DNA of 33,378 nucleotides from Acutalibacteraceae bacterium (GCA_045648125.1 JAZRNJ010000275.1:1-33378), one strand, 5' to 3'; numbered from the stretch's first letter, positions 8,376-15,306 are shown. The notes: generated by a model not told the origin, from the sequence alone. Made by a program: numbers and translations.

Positions 8376-8588
8376 ATGAGTGAAAATCCTACAGTTAAAG
8401 TCAGTAATTCTGTTGAGAAAAATACAATAAAGAAAATTGAAAAAGCAATAGATGTCGTCTGTGATTACATCGAAAAGACATGTCTTAAAGAAGAACTTTT
8501 ATATGGCAATGAGATTTTTGAAACAACAAAGGCTCTCGCCGAGTTGGTGTCGGCAAGAGCACAGTTGACAGAATTTGTTATGCATTGA
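8376..8588 (+). CDS. Hypothetical early protein (70 aa)
   Basis: ATG 8376 behind AGGAGGTGA. No recognisable family. Confidence 0.5.
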   Translation: MSENPTVKVSNSVEKNTIKKIEKAIDVVCDYIEKTCLKEELLYGNEIFETTKALAELVSARAQLTEFVMH

Positions 8589-8745
8589 TGTTATTTGTAA
8601 TAGCGAGCACGCTGTCGTAAATTTCTTTAAAAAATTTACCAACATTTTTTCCACTACTTTCAGTAGCTGAATAGGTTTCAGTCTGCATTTTAGCAACTAC
8701 GATTTCAGTTGTTATTTCTAATGCTTTTATTTCAGGTCTATTCAT
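8578..8745 (-). CDS. Hypothetical 55-aa protein, antisense-oriented within the rightward early operon
   Basis: Below the ORF-track cutoff. Minus strand: AAAGGAGGTG, 7 nt, ATG (8745-8743), encoding MNRPEIKALEITTEIVVAKMQTETYSATESSGKNVGKFFKEIYDSVLAITNNINA, with stop TAA at 8580-8578. It overlaps the 3' end of the 8376..8588 gene by 11 nt. Confidence 0.5.
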   Translation of the reverse strand: MNRPEIKALEITTEIVVAKMQTETYSATESSGKNVGKFFKEIYDSVLAITNNINA

Positions 8746-8816
8746 AATGTAACACCTCCTTTCAATGGGAAGTGTAACAGTAAAATTCAGAAAAGTTAAT
8801 CAAGGAGTGAAAAAAC

Positions 8817-8960
8817 ATCAAAGACATATTACTTGTTTGGATAATCGGCATATTAGGTTGTTTGATAATGAAAAAACAGTCTGAAACATTCAAACTGTAT
8901 GCTGTGTATGTAGTTATTGTTTGTGTTCTTTTTACAGCCTGTCAAATATCTTTTATGTGA
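8817..8960 (+). CDS. Candidate two-TM micro-protein (47 aa if ATC-initiated; 30 aa from ATG 8868)
   Basis: AAGGAG (8802-8807), 9 nt, ATC 8817. The frame is closed by TGA at 8808-8810. The product IKDILLVWIIGILGCLIMKKQSETFKLYAVYVVIVCVLFTACQISFM has two hydrophobic helices. The only in-frame ATG (8868) has no SD. Confidence 0.35.
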   Translation: MKDILLVWIIGILGCLIMKKQSETFKLYAVYVVIVCVLFTACQISFM

Positions 8961-9095
8961 ATCAAGGCAGCTATATGAAAAATGTTCAACTATTCATCTA
9001 TGCTAACGGCAATTACATAGGTGAAGAAAACGGCAACAAGGGAGTTGCAAAATCCACCCTAAACCAAATTTTATAATTTTAAGGAGATGAATTAA

Positions 9096-9296
9096 ATGGC
9101 AAGAGAAAAAGAGTGTTACAGGGATATGATAGAACGTCTGGATAAACGTTTTCCGGATAGAGAATTCTTATCTGTTCCTGAAGTGGCAACGTTTGTCGGA
9201 AAATCAAACAGAACAATCGAAAGACACTACGGTAAATACAAAGTCAAGCCTTTTGGTATTTCAAAAGTGCAGTTGGCTCGTTTGCTGTGTGTATAA
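9096..9296 (+). CDS. Small HTH DNA-binding protein, excisionase-like (candidate Xis)
   Basis: 66 aa. LSVPEVATFVGKSNRTIERHYGKYKV resembles Xis/AlpA-type (HTH_17) motifs. SD AAGGAG. It is the first gene after the switch region. Confidence 0.5.
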   Translation: MAREKECYRDMIERLDKRFPDREFLSVPEVATFVGKSNRTIERHYGKYKVKPFGISKVQLARLLCV

Positions 9297-9312
9297 AGCG
9301 GGAGGGATAAAA

Positions 9313-9666
9313 ATGAGAGAAGTTAAATTTAATTCGGATGGAAACATATCAATACCGATCCCGGACACAACAAAAATAACAGTTGAAATGTCTGCAGACA
9401 CCTTTTGTGAATTTATGCGGTTTCAGAAAGGGAACTATGACCCTTACCTGCGTGAGGAGCGAAAAGAAGTCAACTTAATCACTGAAAGCGATTTTGAAAA
9501 TATTCTACTGCGTTGGAGAAGTGACATATCACTTAACGGAACTCCCACCGTAGGCATATTTAGAATTAAAGATGATGATTCTTTAGAATGTTTATTTCAT
9601 TCGGTGTCTCCATACGGTGATATCGGCTTTTTGGAAATACTCAAAAAAATCAGAGGAGAAGAATAA
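9313..9666 (+). CDS. Hypothetical protein (117 aa)
   Basis: ATG 9313 behind GGGAGGG. The ORF-track start at 9193 overlaps the previous gene and has no SD. Confidence 0.6.
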   Translation: MREVKFNSDGNISIPIPDTTKITVEMSADTFCEFMRFQKGNYDPYLREERKEVNLITESDFENILLRWRSDISLNGTPTVGIFRIKDDDSLECLFHSVSPYGDIGFLEILKKIRGEE

Positions 9667-9667
9667 A

Positions 9668-10162
9668 ATGAAGTTTTACAAGAGTTTAAATACCACTGTG
9701 CGGTTCACTATATACACCATTGCAGTAATGCTTATTACGGCCATATTTACAAGCCTCGTTTGTGCCGGATGGTATTCTTTCATTGAAAGAAAAGCGGAAG
9801 AAGAACCAATCTCTTATTCTTATGAACATTTCACGGAGGATGAAACAATTTACCTGGGGAAATATTATGTTATTCCTTATTGTGGTTGTTCAGAGTGTTG
9901 CGGAATGTGGGGAGTTGACCGCCCTGTTTCTTATGACGGTACCGAAATAGTTTATACAGCAAATCAGAGCATAGCAACAGAAGGTGTGACGGTAGCAGCA
10001 AACCCTGAAGTGTTTCCTTATGGCACAAAACTGATAATTGACGGTCGTGAATACGTTGTTCAGGACAAAGGTTCAAATAAAAGCGCAATATATCTTTATT
10101 TTGAATCACATTCAGATGCAGTGGAGCACGGCATAGAAGTCAAAGATGTTTATACATCTTGA
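9668..10162 (+). CDS. Membrane-anchored 3D-domain protein (MltA/RlpA-like double-psi beta-barrel; cell-wall-acting)
   Basis: ATG 9668 behind GAGGAGAAG. N-terminal TM segment FTIYTIAVMLITAIFTSLVCAGWY. The C-terminal GVTVAANPEVFPYGTKLIIDGREYVVQDKGS..IYLYFESHSDAVEHG fits the 3D-domain pattern. Confidence 0.65.
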   Translation: MKFYKSLNTTVRFTIYTIAVMLITAIFTSLVCAGWYSFIERKAEEEPISYSYEHFTEDETIYLGKYYVIPYCGCSECCGMWGVDRPVSYDGTEIVYTANQSIATEGVTVAANPEVFPYGTKLIIDGREYVVQDKGSNKSAIYLYFESHSDAVEHGIEVKDVYTS

Positions 10163-10170
10163 GGTGACGC

Positions 10171-10752
10171 ATGGAACTTACAGGAAAAATTGTAGATATG
10201 AGCTTTGACTATGCAAGTGGGAAACCTCGTATCACTCTTGAAATCAATGAGAAAATTGCAGCATCTGACAAATTTGAGAACCTGCGTAAATTTGATAAGT
10301 TAGTTGTAAAAATATCGAAATACAGAAAGAAGCGTTCAACGGATGCTAATTCTTATTTCTGGGTACTTTGTACACAGCTTGCAGAGGCTTTGAGTGATGA
10401 AAAAACACTCCATACAAGTGAAGATATTTACCGTCAGACTATCCGCGAAAGCGGGATTTACAGAGACTTTCCAAACTTATCAAAGGAACAGGCGAAGACT
10501 TTGCAAATAGCATGGAAAAAACAAGGTCTCGGATGGTTCTCTGAACAGGTTGATTACGCTCAGGACGGTGAAAAAGTGTTAATCAGATGTTATTACGGAA
10601 GCAGCGTTTACAATGAAAAACAGATGAGCCGTCTTATTGATAATATCATTCAGGATTGTCAGGCTGTGGGGATTGAAACAATGACACCTGATGAAATCGC
10701 CCGATTGAAATCATTATGGGGTGAAGATTACGAAAAGTATAATGCAAACTGA
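10171..10752 (+). CDS. NinB/Orf-like or HNHc_6 N-terminal-like recombination-associated protein
   Basis: The KKRSTDANSYFWVLCTQLAEAL motif resembles the RSLDQN..W signature of lambda NinB/Orf and of putative HNHc nucleases. SD GAGGTGA. The family assignment is tentative. Confidence 0.45.
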   Translation: MELTGKIVDMSFDYASGKPRITLEINEKIAASDKFENLRKFDKLVVKISKYRKKRSTDANSYFWVLCTQLAEALSDEKTLHTSEDIYRQTIRESGIYRDFPNLSKEQAKTLQIAWKKQGLGWFSEQVDYAQDGEKVLIRCYYGSSVYNEKQMSRLIDNIIQDCQAVGIETMTPDEIARLKSLWGEDYEKYNAN

Positions 10753-11008
10753 AAAAGCCTGTTACATAACCGGCAGAAAAGATAACCTGCACCTGCATCA
10801 TATTTATTTCGGAAGCGGGTTAAGGAAAATTTCTGACAAAAACGGCTTTACGGTATGGCTTATTCAGAAACTTCATAACGGAAGTAATGATGGTGTGCAT
10901 TTCAATCGTGAATTGGATTTATACCTGAAGCGGGAATGTCAGAAAAAGTATGAAGAAACTCACAGCCGAGAGGAGTTTATGGCTCTCATCGGCAGGAACT
11001 ACTTGTAA
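10742..11008 (+). CDS. Small His/Cys-motif protein, possible HNH-like nuclease half
   Basis: ATG 10742 overlaps the upstream stop (ATGCAAACTGA). CYITGRKDNLHLHHIYFGSGLRKISDKNGFTVWLIQKLHNGSNDGVHFN resembles the C-terminal part of HNHc_6-type phage proteins. The GTG at 10721 is an alternative start. Confidence 0.45.
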   Translation: MQTEKACYITGRKDNLHLHHIYFGSGLRKISDKNGFTVWLIQKLHNGSNDGVHFNRELDLYLKRECQKKYEETHSREEFMALIGRNYL

Positions 11009-11021
11009 AGGAGTGTCAAAA

Positions 11022-11420
11022 ATGTTAAATGACATAAATATCTGTGGTAGGTTGGTGAACCATCCTGAGTTGAAAACTACCGCAAACGGAAGAAATATTA
11101 CTTCTTTTTCCCTTGCAGTCGACCGTGATTATGTCGTCAATGGAGAACGAAAAGTAGATTTTTTCACTGTTGTTGCATGGAATAAAACAGCTGATTTTAT
11201 AACAAGGTATTTCACCAAAGGCAAATCAATCATAATCAACGGACATCTGCAATCAAGAATATTTGATGATAAAAACGGCCAGAAACGCGTCACAACGGAA
11301 ATAGTTGCAGATACCGTATATTTTGCAGGTGATAAAGAAAGAACTCCTGCAGGGGGAAATTCAAGCTTGTCTGCTGATGATTTTGAAGAATTGTCCGATG
11401 ATGAAGATTTACCATTCTGA
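11022..11420 (+). CDS. ssb: Single-stranded DNA-binding protein
   Basis: ATG 11022 behind AAGGAG. OB-fold signature NDINICGRLVNHPELKTTANGRNITSFSLAVDR..FFTVVAWNKTADF. Acidic tail ending DDEDLPF. Confidence 0.9.
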   Translation: MLNDINICGRLVNHPELKTTANGRNITSFSLAVDRDYVVNGERKVDFFTVVAWNKTADFITRYFTKGKSIIINGHLQSRIFDDKNGQKRVTTEIVADTVYFAGDKERTPAGGNSSLSADDFEELSDDEDLPF

Positions 11421-11428
11421 GGTGAATC

Positions 11429-12232
11429 ATGGCGAAAAGTAAAAAAGAGAGTGACTTCAAAGGAGTGTGGATTCCTGCTGAGGTCTGGCTTGACACACGT
11501 CTTGGAGCACTCGAAACAATAATTTTGATGGAGATAGATAGTCTGAGTTGCAGTAAAAGAGGTTGTTATGCCAGCAACGCATTTATAGCAGAGTTTTGTC
11601 AATGTTCTACTACCACCGTTTCCAAAACGATATCAAAACTTATCGAAATCGGATATGTGGTTAAAGAAGAGCACGGAAGACAGAGAATTTTAAAAACAAC
11701 CTTTCAAAATTCACAAGAGAACCTTTCAAAAAATGAAAGCAACCTTTCAAAAATTGAAAGCCAACCTTTCAAAAATTGCAAGGCAGCCTTTCAAAAAATG
11801 CAAACAAGTAATATAAGAGATTATATTATAAGAGAAGATATAGATAAGACGAGATATGATGAGATATGCGCGCACACGCGCGAAGAATATCGCTCTCTCA
11901 TTAGAGAAAACATCGATTATGAAATCCTCTCTGAACAAACCGATGTACAAATGCTTGACGAAATTGTTGAGCTTATGACAGACACAGTTTGCACTTCAGG
12001 CAAGCACATTGTAATTGCAAGTAAAAAGCAGTCTTTATCTGTTGTGAAGTCGCAGTTTTTAAAACTGACAAGTGAACACATCGAGTATGTCATAGACAGA
12101 ATACTGAACGCTTCAGATAAGATTCGCAATGTAAAGCAGTACATACTTGCTTGTTTGTTTAATGCTCCATCAACGATGAATAGTTATTATTCCACAAAAG
12201 TCAGTCAAGACATGAGAGGTGGACAGAAATGA
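11429..12232 (+). CDS. Phage replication initiator / replisome organizer (N-terminal winged HTH, DUF6017-like C-terminus)
   Basis: GVWIPAEVWLDTRLGALETIILMEIDSL..GCYASNAFIAEFCQCSTTTVSKTISKLIEIGYV (HTH_36-like). C-terminal ..IRNVKQYILACLFNAPSTMNSYY. Iterons are embedded in the gene. Confidence 0.7.
   Translation: MAKSKKESDFKGVWIPAEVWLDTRLGALETIILMEIDSLSCSKRGCYASNAFIAEFCQCSTTTVSKTISKLIEIGYVVKEEHGRQRILKTTFQNSQENLSKNESNLSKIESQPFKNCKAAFQKMQTSNIRDYIIREDIDKTRYDEICAHTREEYRSLIRENIDYEILSEQTDVQMLDEIVELMTDTVCTSGKHIVIASKKQSLSVVKSQFLKLTSEHIEYVIDRILNASDKIRNVKQYILACLFNAPSTMNSYYSTKVSQDMRGGQK
11700..11797. repeat. Five phased iterons (CCTTTCAAAAA) - candidate phage origin of replication
   Basis: CCTTTCAAAA starts at 11700, 11722, 11743, 11765 and 11787, a period of 21-22 bp or about two helical turns. 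An AT-rich stretch, the 10-bp tandem GAGATATGAT/GAGATATGCG (11851-11870) and a GC hairpin gcgcg-caca-cgcgc (11868-11881) follow. Confidence 0.7.
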
Positions 12233-12438
12233 CAATTGAAGAAGTAAACCGTAATCTCGGAAAAATTGTACACTACAGAAATGATTTCAGGTTACTTGAC
12301 CACGATTTCAGGTTTAATGCCTGTATAAAAAGAGCAACAGTCAAAGGTGTTGTTTACGAAGCAGAGCTTCAGCATCTGGGAAACAAAGGCTCTTTGCTTA
12401 TAGTTCCCCTTGAGGAAGTGCAGGTGAAAGAAGCATGA
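12229..12438 (+). CDS. Hypothetical protein (69 aa)
   Basis: The ATG overlaps the upstream stop. SD GAGAGGTGG. Confidence 0.55.
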   Translation: MTIEEVNRNLGKIVHYRNDFRLLDHDFRFNACIKRATVKGVVYEAELQHLGNKGSLLIVPLEEVQVKEA

Positions 12439-12653
12439 ATATCTGCACAAAGGAAAAATGTGAGTGGAGATGCGACACAGGAACAGAAGATACTGCATAT
12501 TGCTTCATGCGAAGCTGTCCGCATATGAAAATGGTGCCCAGATTGAAAAGACCGATAAAAGTCAAGTGGGCAGGATTGGTTACCACTCCATCAAAAGTAG
12601 TGAACAAATATCTTTATGACGAATCAGAAAGCGGGAAAACAGACGATGAATGA
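12435..12653 (+). CDS. Hypothetical Cys-rich protein (72 aa)
   Basis: ATGA overlap with the previous gene. The N-terminus carries C-x4-C-x3-C...C-x5-C. Confidence 0.5.
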   Translation: MNICTKEKCEWRCDTGTEDTAYCFMRSCPHMKMVPRLKRPIKVKWAGLVTTPSKVVNKYLYDESESGKTDDE

Positions 12654-12936
12654 CATTAAGGTAATTATCAAAGAACCCGGGAAATATCCGGTTGAAAAAA
12701 GTATAAGCAACACACTTGAAACCCTTCAGAAGATTGTTGAAGGGTCGATTGAAGCGGTGTCACCCGCACCGGGACTGTGTATCATCTGCAACGAAGATGG
12801 AAAATTGAAAAACCTTCCGTACAACATCACAATGTTCGGTATCGACTTTGTCGGCACTTTAATTCTTGTCGGTGTTGACGGTGATGAGTTTGCAGATGTG
12901 CCGATTAAACTCGGACATATCGAACAATTTTTTTGA
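12646..12936 (+). CDS. DUF3846-like protein
   Basis: ATG 12646 overlaps the upstream stop. MNDIKVIIKEPGKYPVEKSISNTLETLQKIVEGSIE..ICNEDGKL fits the DUF3846 N-terminal pattern as I recall it. Confidence 0.55.
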   Translation: MNDIKVIIKEPGKYPVEKSISNTLETLQKIVEGSIEAVSPAPGLCIICNEDGKLKNLPYNITMFGIDFVGTLILVGVDGDEFADVPIKLGHIEQFF

Positions 12937-12954
12937 ATAGAAAGAAGGTCAAAT

Positions 12955-14337
12955 ATGAAAAACATCACTTACATAAAAGTTGAAGAAATTTATGCGCATC
13001 CTGACAATCCGAGAAAAGACCTCGGTGATTTGTCAGAACTTGCAGACAGCATAAGAGAAAACGGAATCTTTCAGAACCTGACTGTTGTTCCGTTGAAAAA
13101 CAAAACAAAACCTGATTTAAAACTTAACGGTTACACCGTTATCATCGGACACCGCCGTCTTGCTGCAGCGAAACAGGCAGGACTTGACGTTGTTCCCTGC
13201 ATTGTCACAGAAATGGATGAGAAAACACAACTGTCAACAATGCTTCTTGAAAACATACAGAGGTCAGACCTTACAGTATATGAACAGGCTCAGGGTTTTC
13301 AGATGATGCTTGACCTGGGCAGTACGTTGTCAGAACTGAAAAAGAAAACAGGATTTTCACTTACAACGATTCGTCATCGTATCAATCTGTTGGACCTTGA
13401 CAAAGATAAATTCAAGGAATCTGAATCACGTGGAGCAAGGATAACAGACTATATTGAACTCGAAAAAATCAAAGATATCAAGAAGAGAAACGAGCTTCTT
13501 GAAAAAATTGGCACATCTGATTTCAACTACTCCATTAAAAGGGCAATCGAGGAAGAAAAGAAAAAACAGAACGTAAAAGATTGGACTGACCTTTTCAATA
13601 GCATTCCCTCAATGCAAAAAACAACCGATAGAAGCGGGAAACAGTATTTAGAGAGTTTCGGTGTGTACAGTTCGGGTCCCACTGAAAAAGCAAGAGAGAA
13701 AATTGTCAACCTGATTGATGAAGCAGATGAAAAGGAAAAAGCTCTTTACTGGTTTTTCGACGGTTGGGGAAACATTTATATTTATACCGATTCGGATAAT
13801 AAGACTTCATCAGAGCCACCGTGGGCAAAAGAACAAAGAATCAGGGATAAGAAAAATGCTCTCATAAAAGAACTTGAAGAAACAGCATATCAGTGCAGGC
13901 TGTCTTTTGTCAAAAACTATATAGGTAAAAAAGAAGAATTGACATATCTTTTAAAAGAACTTTTAAATCAGCTTAGTAACTGGTGCAATGCTACTGAAAA
14001 ATATGTTGCAGAAATGCTCGGTATCGAAAGCATTGACGAGAGTGAAGAAATAAAAAACAACTCCAAATTCAAGGAAATCGTTTGTAATCAACCTCAGAGA
14101 GCGGTCATTGTATATCTGTTTGAAAGTTTGGATTATTATACAGAGTATTATGAGTATAAACGCTGTGATTTTCACGACCCATATAGCGGAGATTTTCGTT
14201 TAAAAGAGAACATCAAGCTTCTTTACGATATTCTCGGTCGCATAGGTTATGAGCCAAGCAGTGATGAAATTATGCTTATGGATGGCACACACCCGATATT
14301 CAAACAGATGAGCGAGGTAACAGATGATGAAAACTAA
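12955..14337 (+). CDS. ParB/Srx N-terminal-domain protein with a long C-terminal extension
   Basis: IYAHPDNPRKDLGDLSELADSIRENGIFQNLTVVP..YTVIIGHRRLAAAKQAGLDVVPCIV contains the ParB-N GxRR-type box. SD GAAAGAAGG. Confidence 0.8.
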   Translation: MKNITYIKVEEIYAHPDNPRKDLGDLSELADSIRENGIFQNLTVVPLKNKTKPDLKLNGYTVIIGHRRLAAAKQAGLDVVPCIVTEMDEKTQLSTMLLENIQRSDLTVYEQAQGFQMMLDLGSTLSELKKKTGFSLTTIRHRINLLDLDKDKFKESESRGARITDYIELEKIKDIKKRNELLEKIGTSDFNYSIKRAIEEEKKKQNVKDWTDLFNSIPSMQKTTDRSGKQYLESFGVYSSGPTEKAREKIVNLIDEADEKEKALYWFFDGWGNIYIYTDSDNKTSSEPPWAKEQRIRDKKNALIKELEETAYQCRLSFVKNYIGKKEELTYLLKELLNQLSNWCNATEKYVAEMLGIESIDESEEIKNNSKFKEIVCNQPQRAVIVYLFESLDYYTEYYEYKRCDFHDPYSGDFRLKENIKLLYDILGRIGYEPSSDEIMLMDGTHPIFKQMSEVTDDEN

Positions 14338-14575
14338 AGACTTAATCGAAGCGGTGAAATTTCAGGTATCTGTAAAGCCTCAAGATGAGTTTATGGCCGA
14401 GATAGCAGAAGGACTTGAAACGCTGTATGAAGAAAACAACCGCCAAAAGGCAGAGACTGAGAGGTTAAAGGATTCAATAAAAGAAGCCGACAACTATTTT
14501 TCGGAAGGCGATTTTGCTAAAGGTCTTGCAATTATCATTAACCTTGTAAAAGAAACGGTGGGTGATGAGGAATGA
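14324..14575 (+). CDS. Hypothetical protein (83 aa)
   Basis: SD GAGGTAA. Overlaps the upstream stop. Confidence 0.55.
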   Translation: MMKTKDLIEAVKFQVSVKPQDEFMAEIAEGLETLYEENNRQKAETERLKDSIKEADNYFSEGDFAKGLAIIINLVKETVGDEE

Positions 14576-14844
14576 ATTCAAAGGAAGCAATTACGTTTTT
14601 GAAAGAAACAATTGCAGGTTGTAAATTCACAAAAGATAAGCAACTCAGGTAAGTATGCAAAAAGTCTATTTCTGCCCTTGAAAAGCAGATGCCAAAAAAG
14701 CCGAATCAAAGTGGAGCTTATCATATCTGTCCACACTGTAGTCATTTTGTAAGTAAAAACGAGCCTAAGCATGGGAGAAGAGATATTCCGCACTGTAAGT
14801 GGTGCGGACAGGCTTTAGATTGGAGTGACAACAATGCAGAATGA
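14572..14844 (+). pseudogene. Zinc-ribbon small protein reading frame interrupted by one in-frame TAA (14650-14652)
   Basis: ATG 14572 overlaps the upstream stop (ATGA). Translation: MNSKEAITFLKETIAGCKFTKDKQLR-TAA-VCKKSISALEKQMPKKPNQSGAYHICPHCSHFVSKNEPKHGRRDIPHCKWCGQALDWSDNNAE. Both halves are in the same frame, and the 3' half has no convincing start or SD of its own (ATG 14689). Confidence 0.45.
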
Positions 14845-14953
14845 ATGTAAATATTGCATTAACGAAGAATGTTTCAATGTTGATTGCCCATATTGTTGCT
14901 GTCCCATAACAGAGTTTCCCGAAGTGTGCAAGTATTACGAGAATAAGGAGTGA
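14834..14953 (+). CDS. Cys-rich 39-aa micro-protein
   Basis: Below the ORF-track cutoff. MQNECKYCINEECFNVDCPYCCCPITEFPEVCKYYENKE has 8 Cys. The ATG overlaps the end of the previous frame. Confidence 0.4.
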   Translation: MQNECKYCINEECFNVDCPYCCCPITEFPEVCKYYENKE

Positions 14954-14958
14954 TTAAC

Positions 14959-15306
14959 TTGAAATTGTTAGAAAAAATCAAAGAAAAGAGACTTGTTGCC
15001 AAAAGTTCTGATGAGCGTGAAGTTGTTGTGTCTGTTCCTGATATAAAAGAATACCTGGTCAGAGAATACAACCGTGCGGGAAAAGCAAGAGAGAACTTAA
15101 AATCTGCTAAAGATGAAATCAATTCTTACAAGATTAAATTCACCAACGCTGCCATAACAAAAGCAGAAATCACAGCTGAAATTGTTGAAGAATTAAAAGC
15201 AGACTTAATTGCTGAAATCAATAATCACAAAGGCAACCTGAGTAAAAAGATAGTCTGTGACATAATTACTGCATATCAGAAGGGGCGATTTAATGAATTT
15301 GTATGA
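14959..15306 (+). CDS. Hypothetical coiled-coil protein
   Basis: AAGGAG (14945-14950), 8 nt, TTG 14959. The GTG at 14950 (ORF track) is an alternative start. Confidence 0.55.
   Translation: MKLLEKIKEKRLVAKSSDEREVVVSVPDIKEYLVREYNRAGKARENLKSAKDEINSYKIKFTNAAITKAEITAEIVEELKADLIAEINNHKGNLSKKIVCDIITAYQKGRFNEFV

Noticed and set aside
8975-9076. 33-aa ORF (MKNVQLFIYANGNYIGEENGNKGVAKSTLNQIL) covering the conserved int/xis upstream element
   Set aside because: The two copies of the element differ by indels that are not multiples of three (24 nt versus 22 nt between AAGGGAG and CCACCC), so the peptide is not conserved. The conservation is at the DNA/RNA level.
11129-11602. 157-aa minus-strand ORF across the ssb / initiator junction
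   Set aside because: It is antisense to two confidently called genes and has no SD.
11700-11797. Regularly spaced repeats as a possible mini-CRISPR array
   Set aside because: The repeat unit is only about 10-11 bp with spacers of about 11 bp, there are no cas genes, and the repeats lie inside a replication initiator CDS. Iterons explain the pattern better.
14647-14658. AG|GTAAGTAT at the in-frame TAA resembles a eukaryotic 5' splice site, so an intron was considered
   Set aside because: The reading frame continues directly after the stop, so nothing needs removing. No group I or group II intron structure or intron-encoded ORF is present, and the resemblance is probably coincidental.
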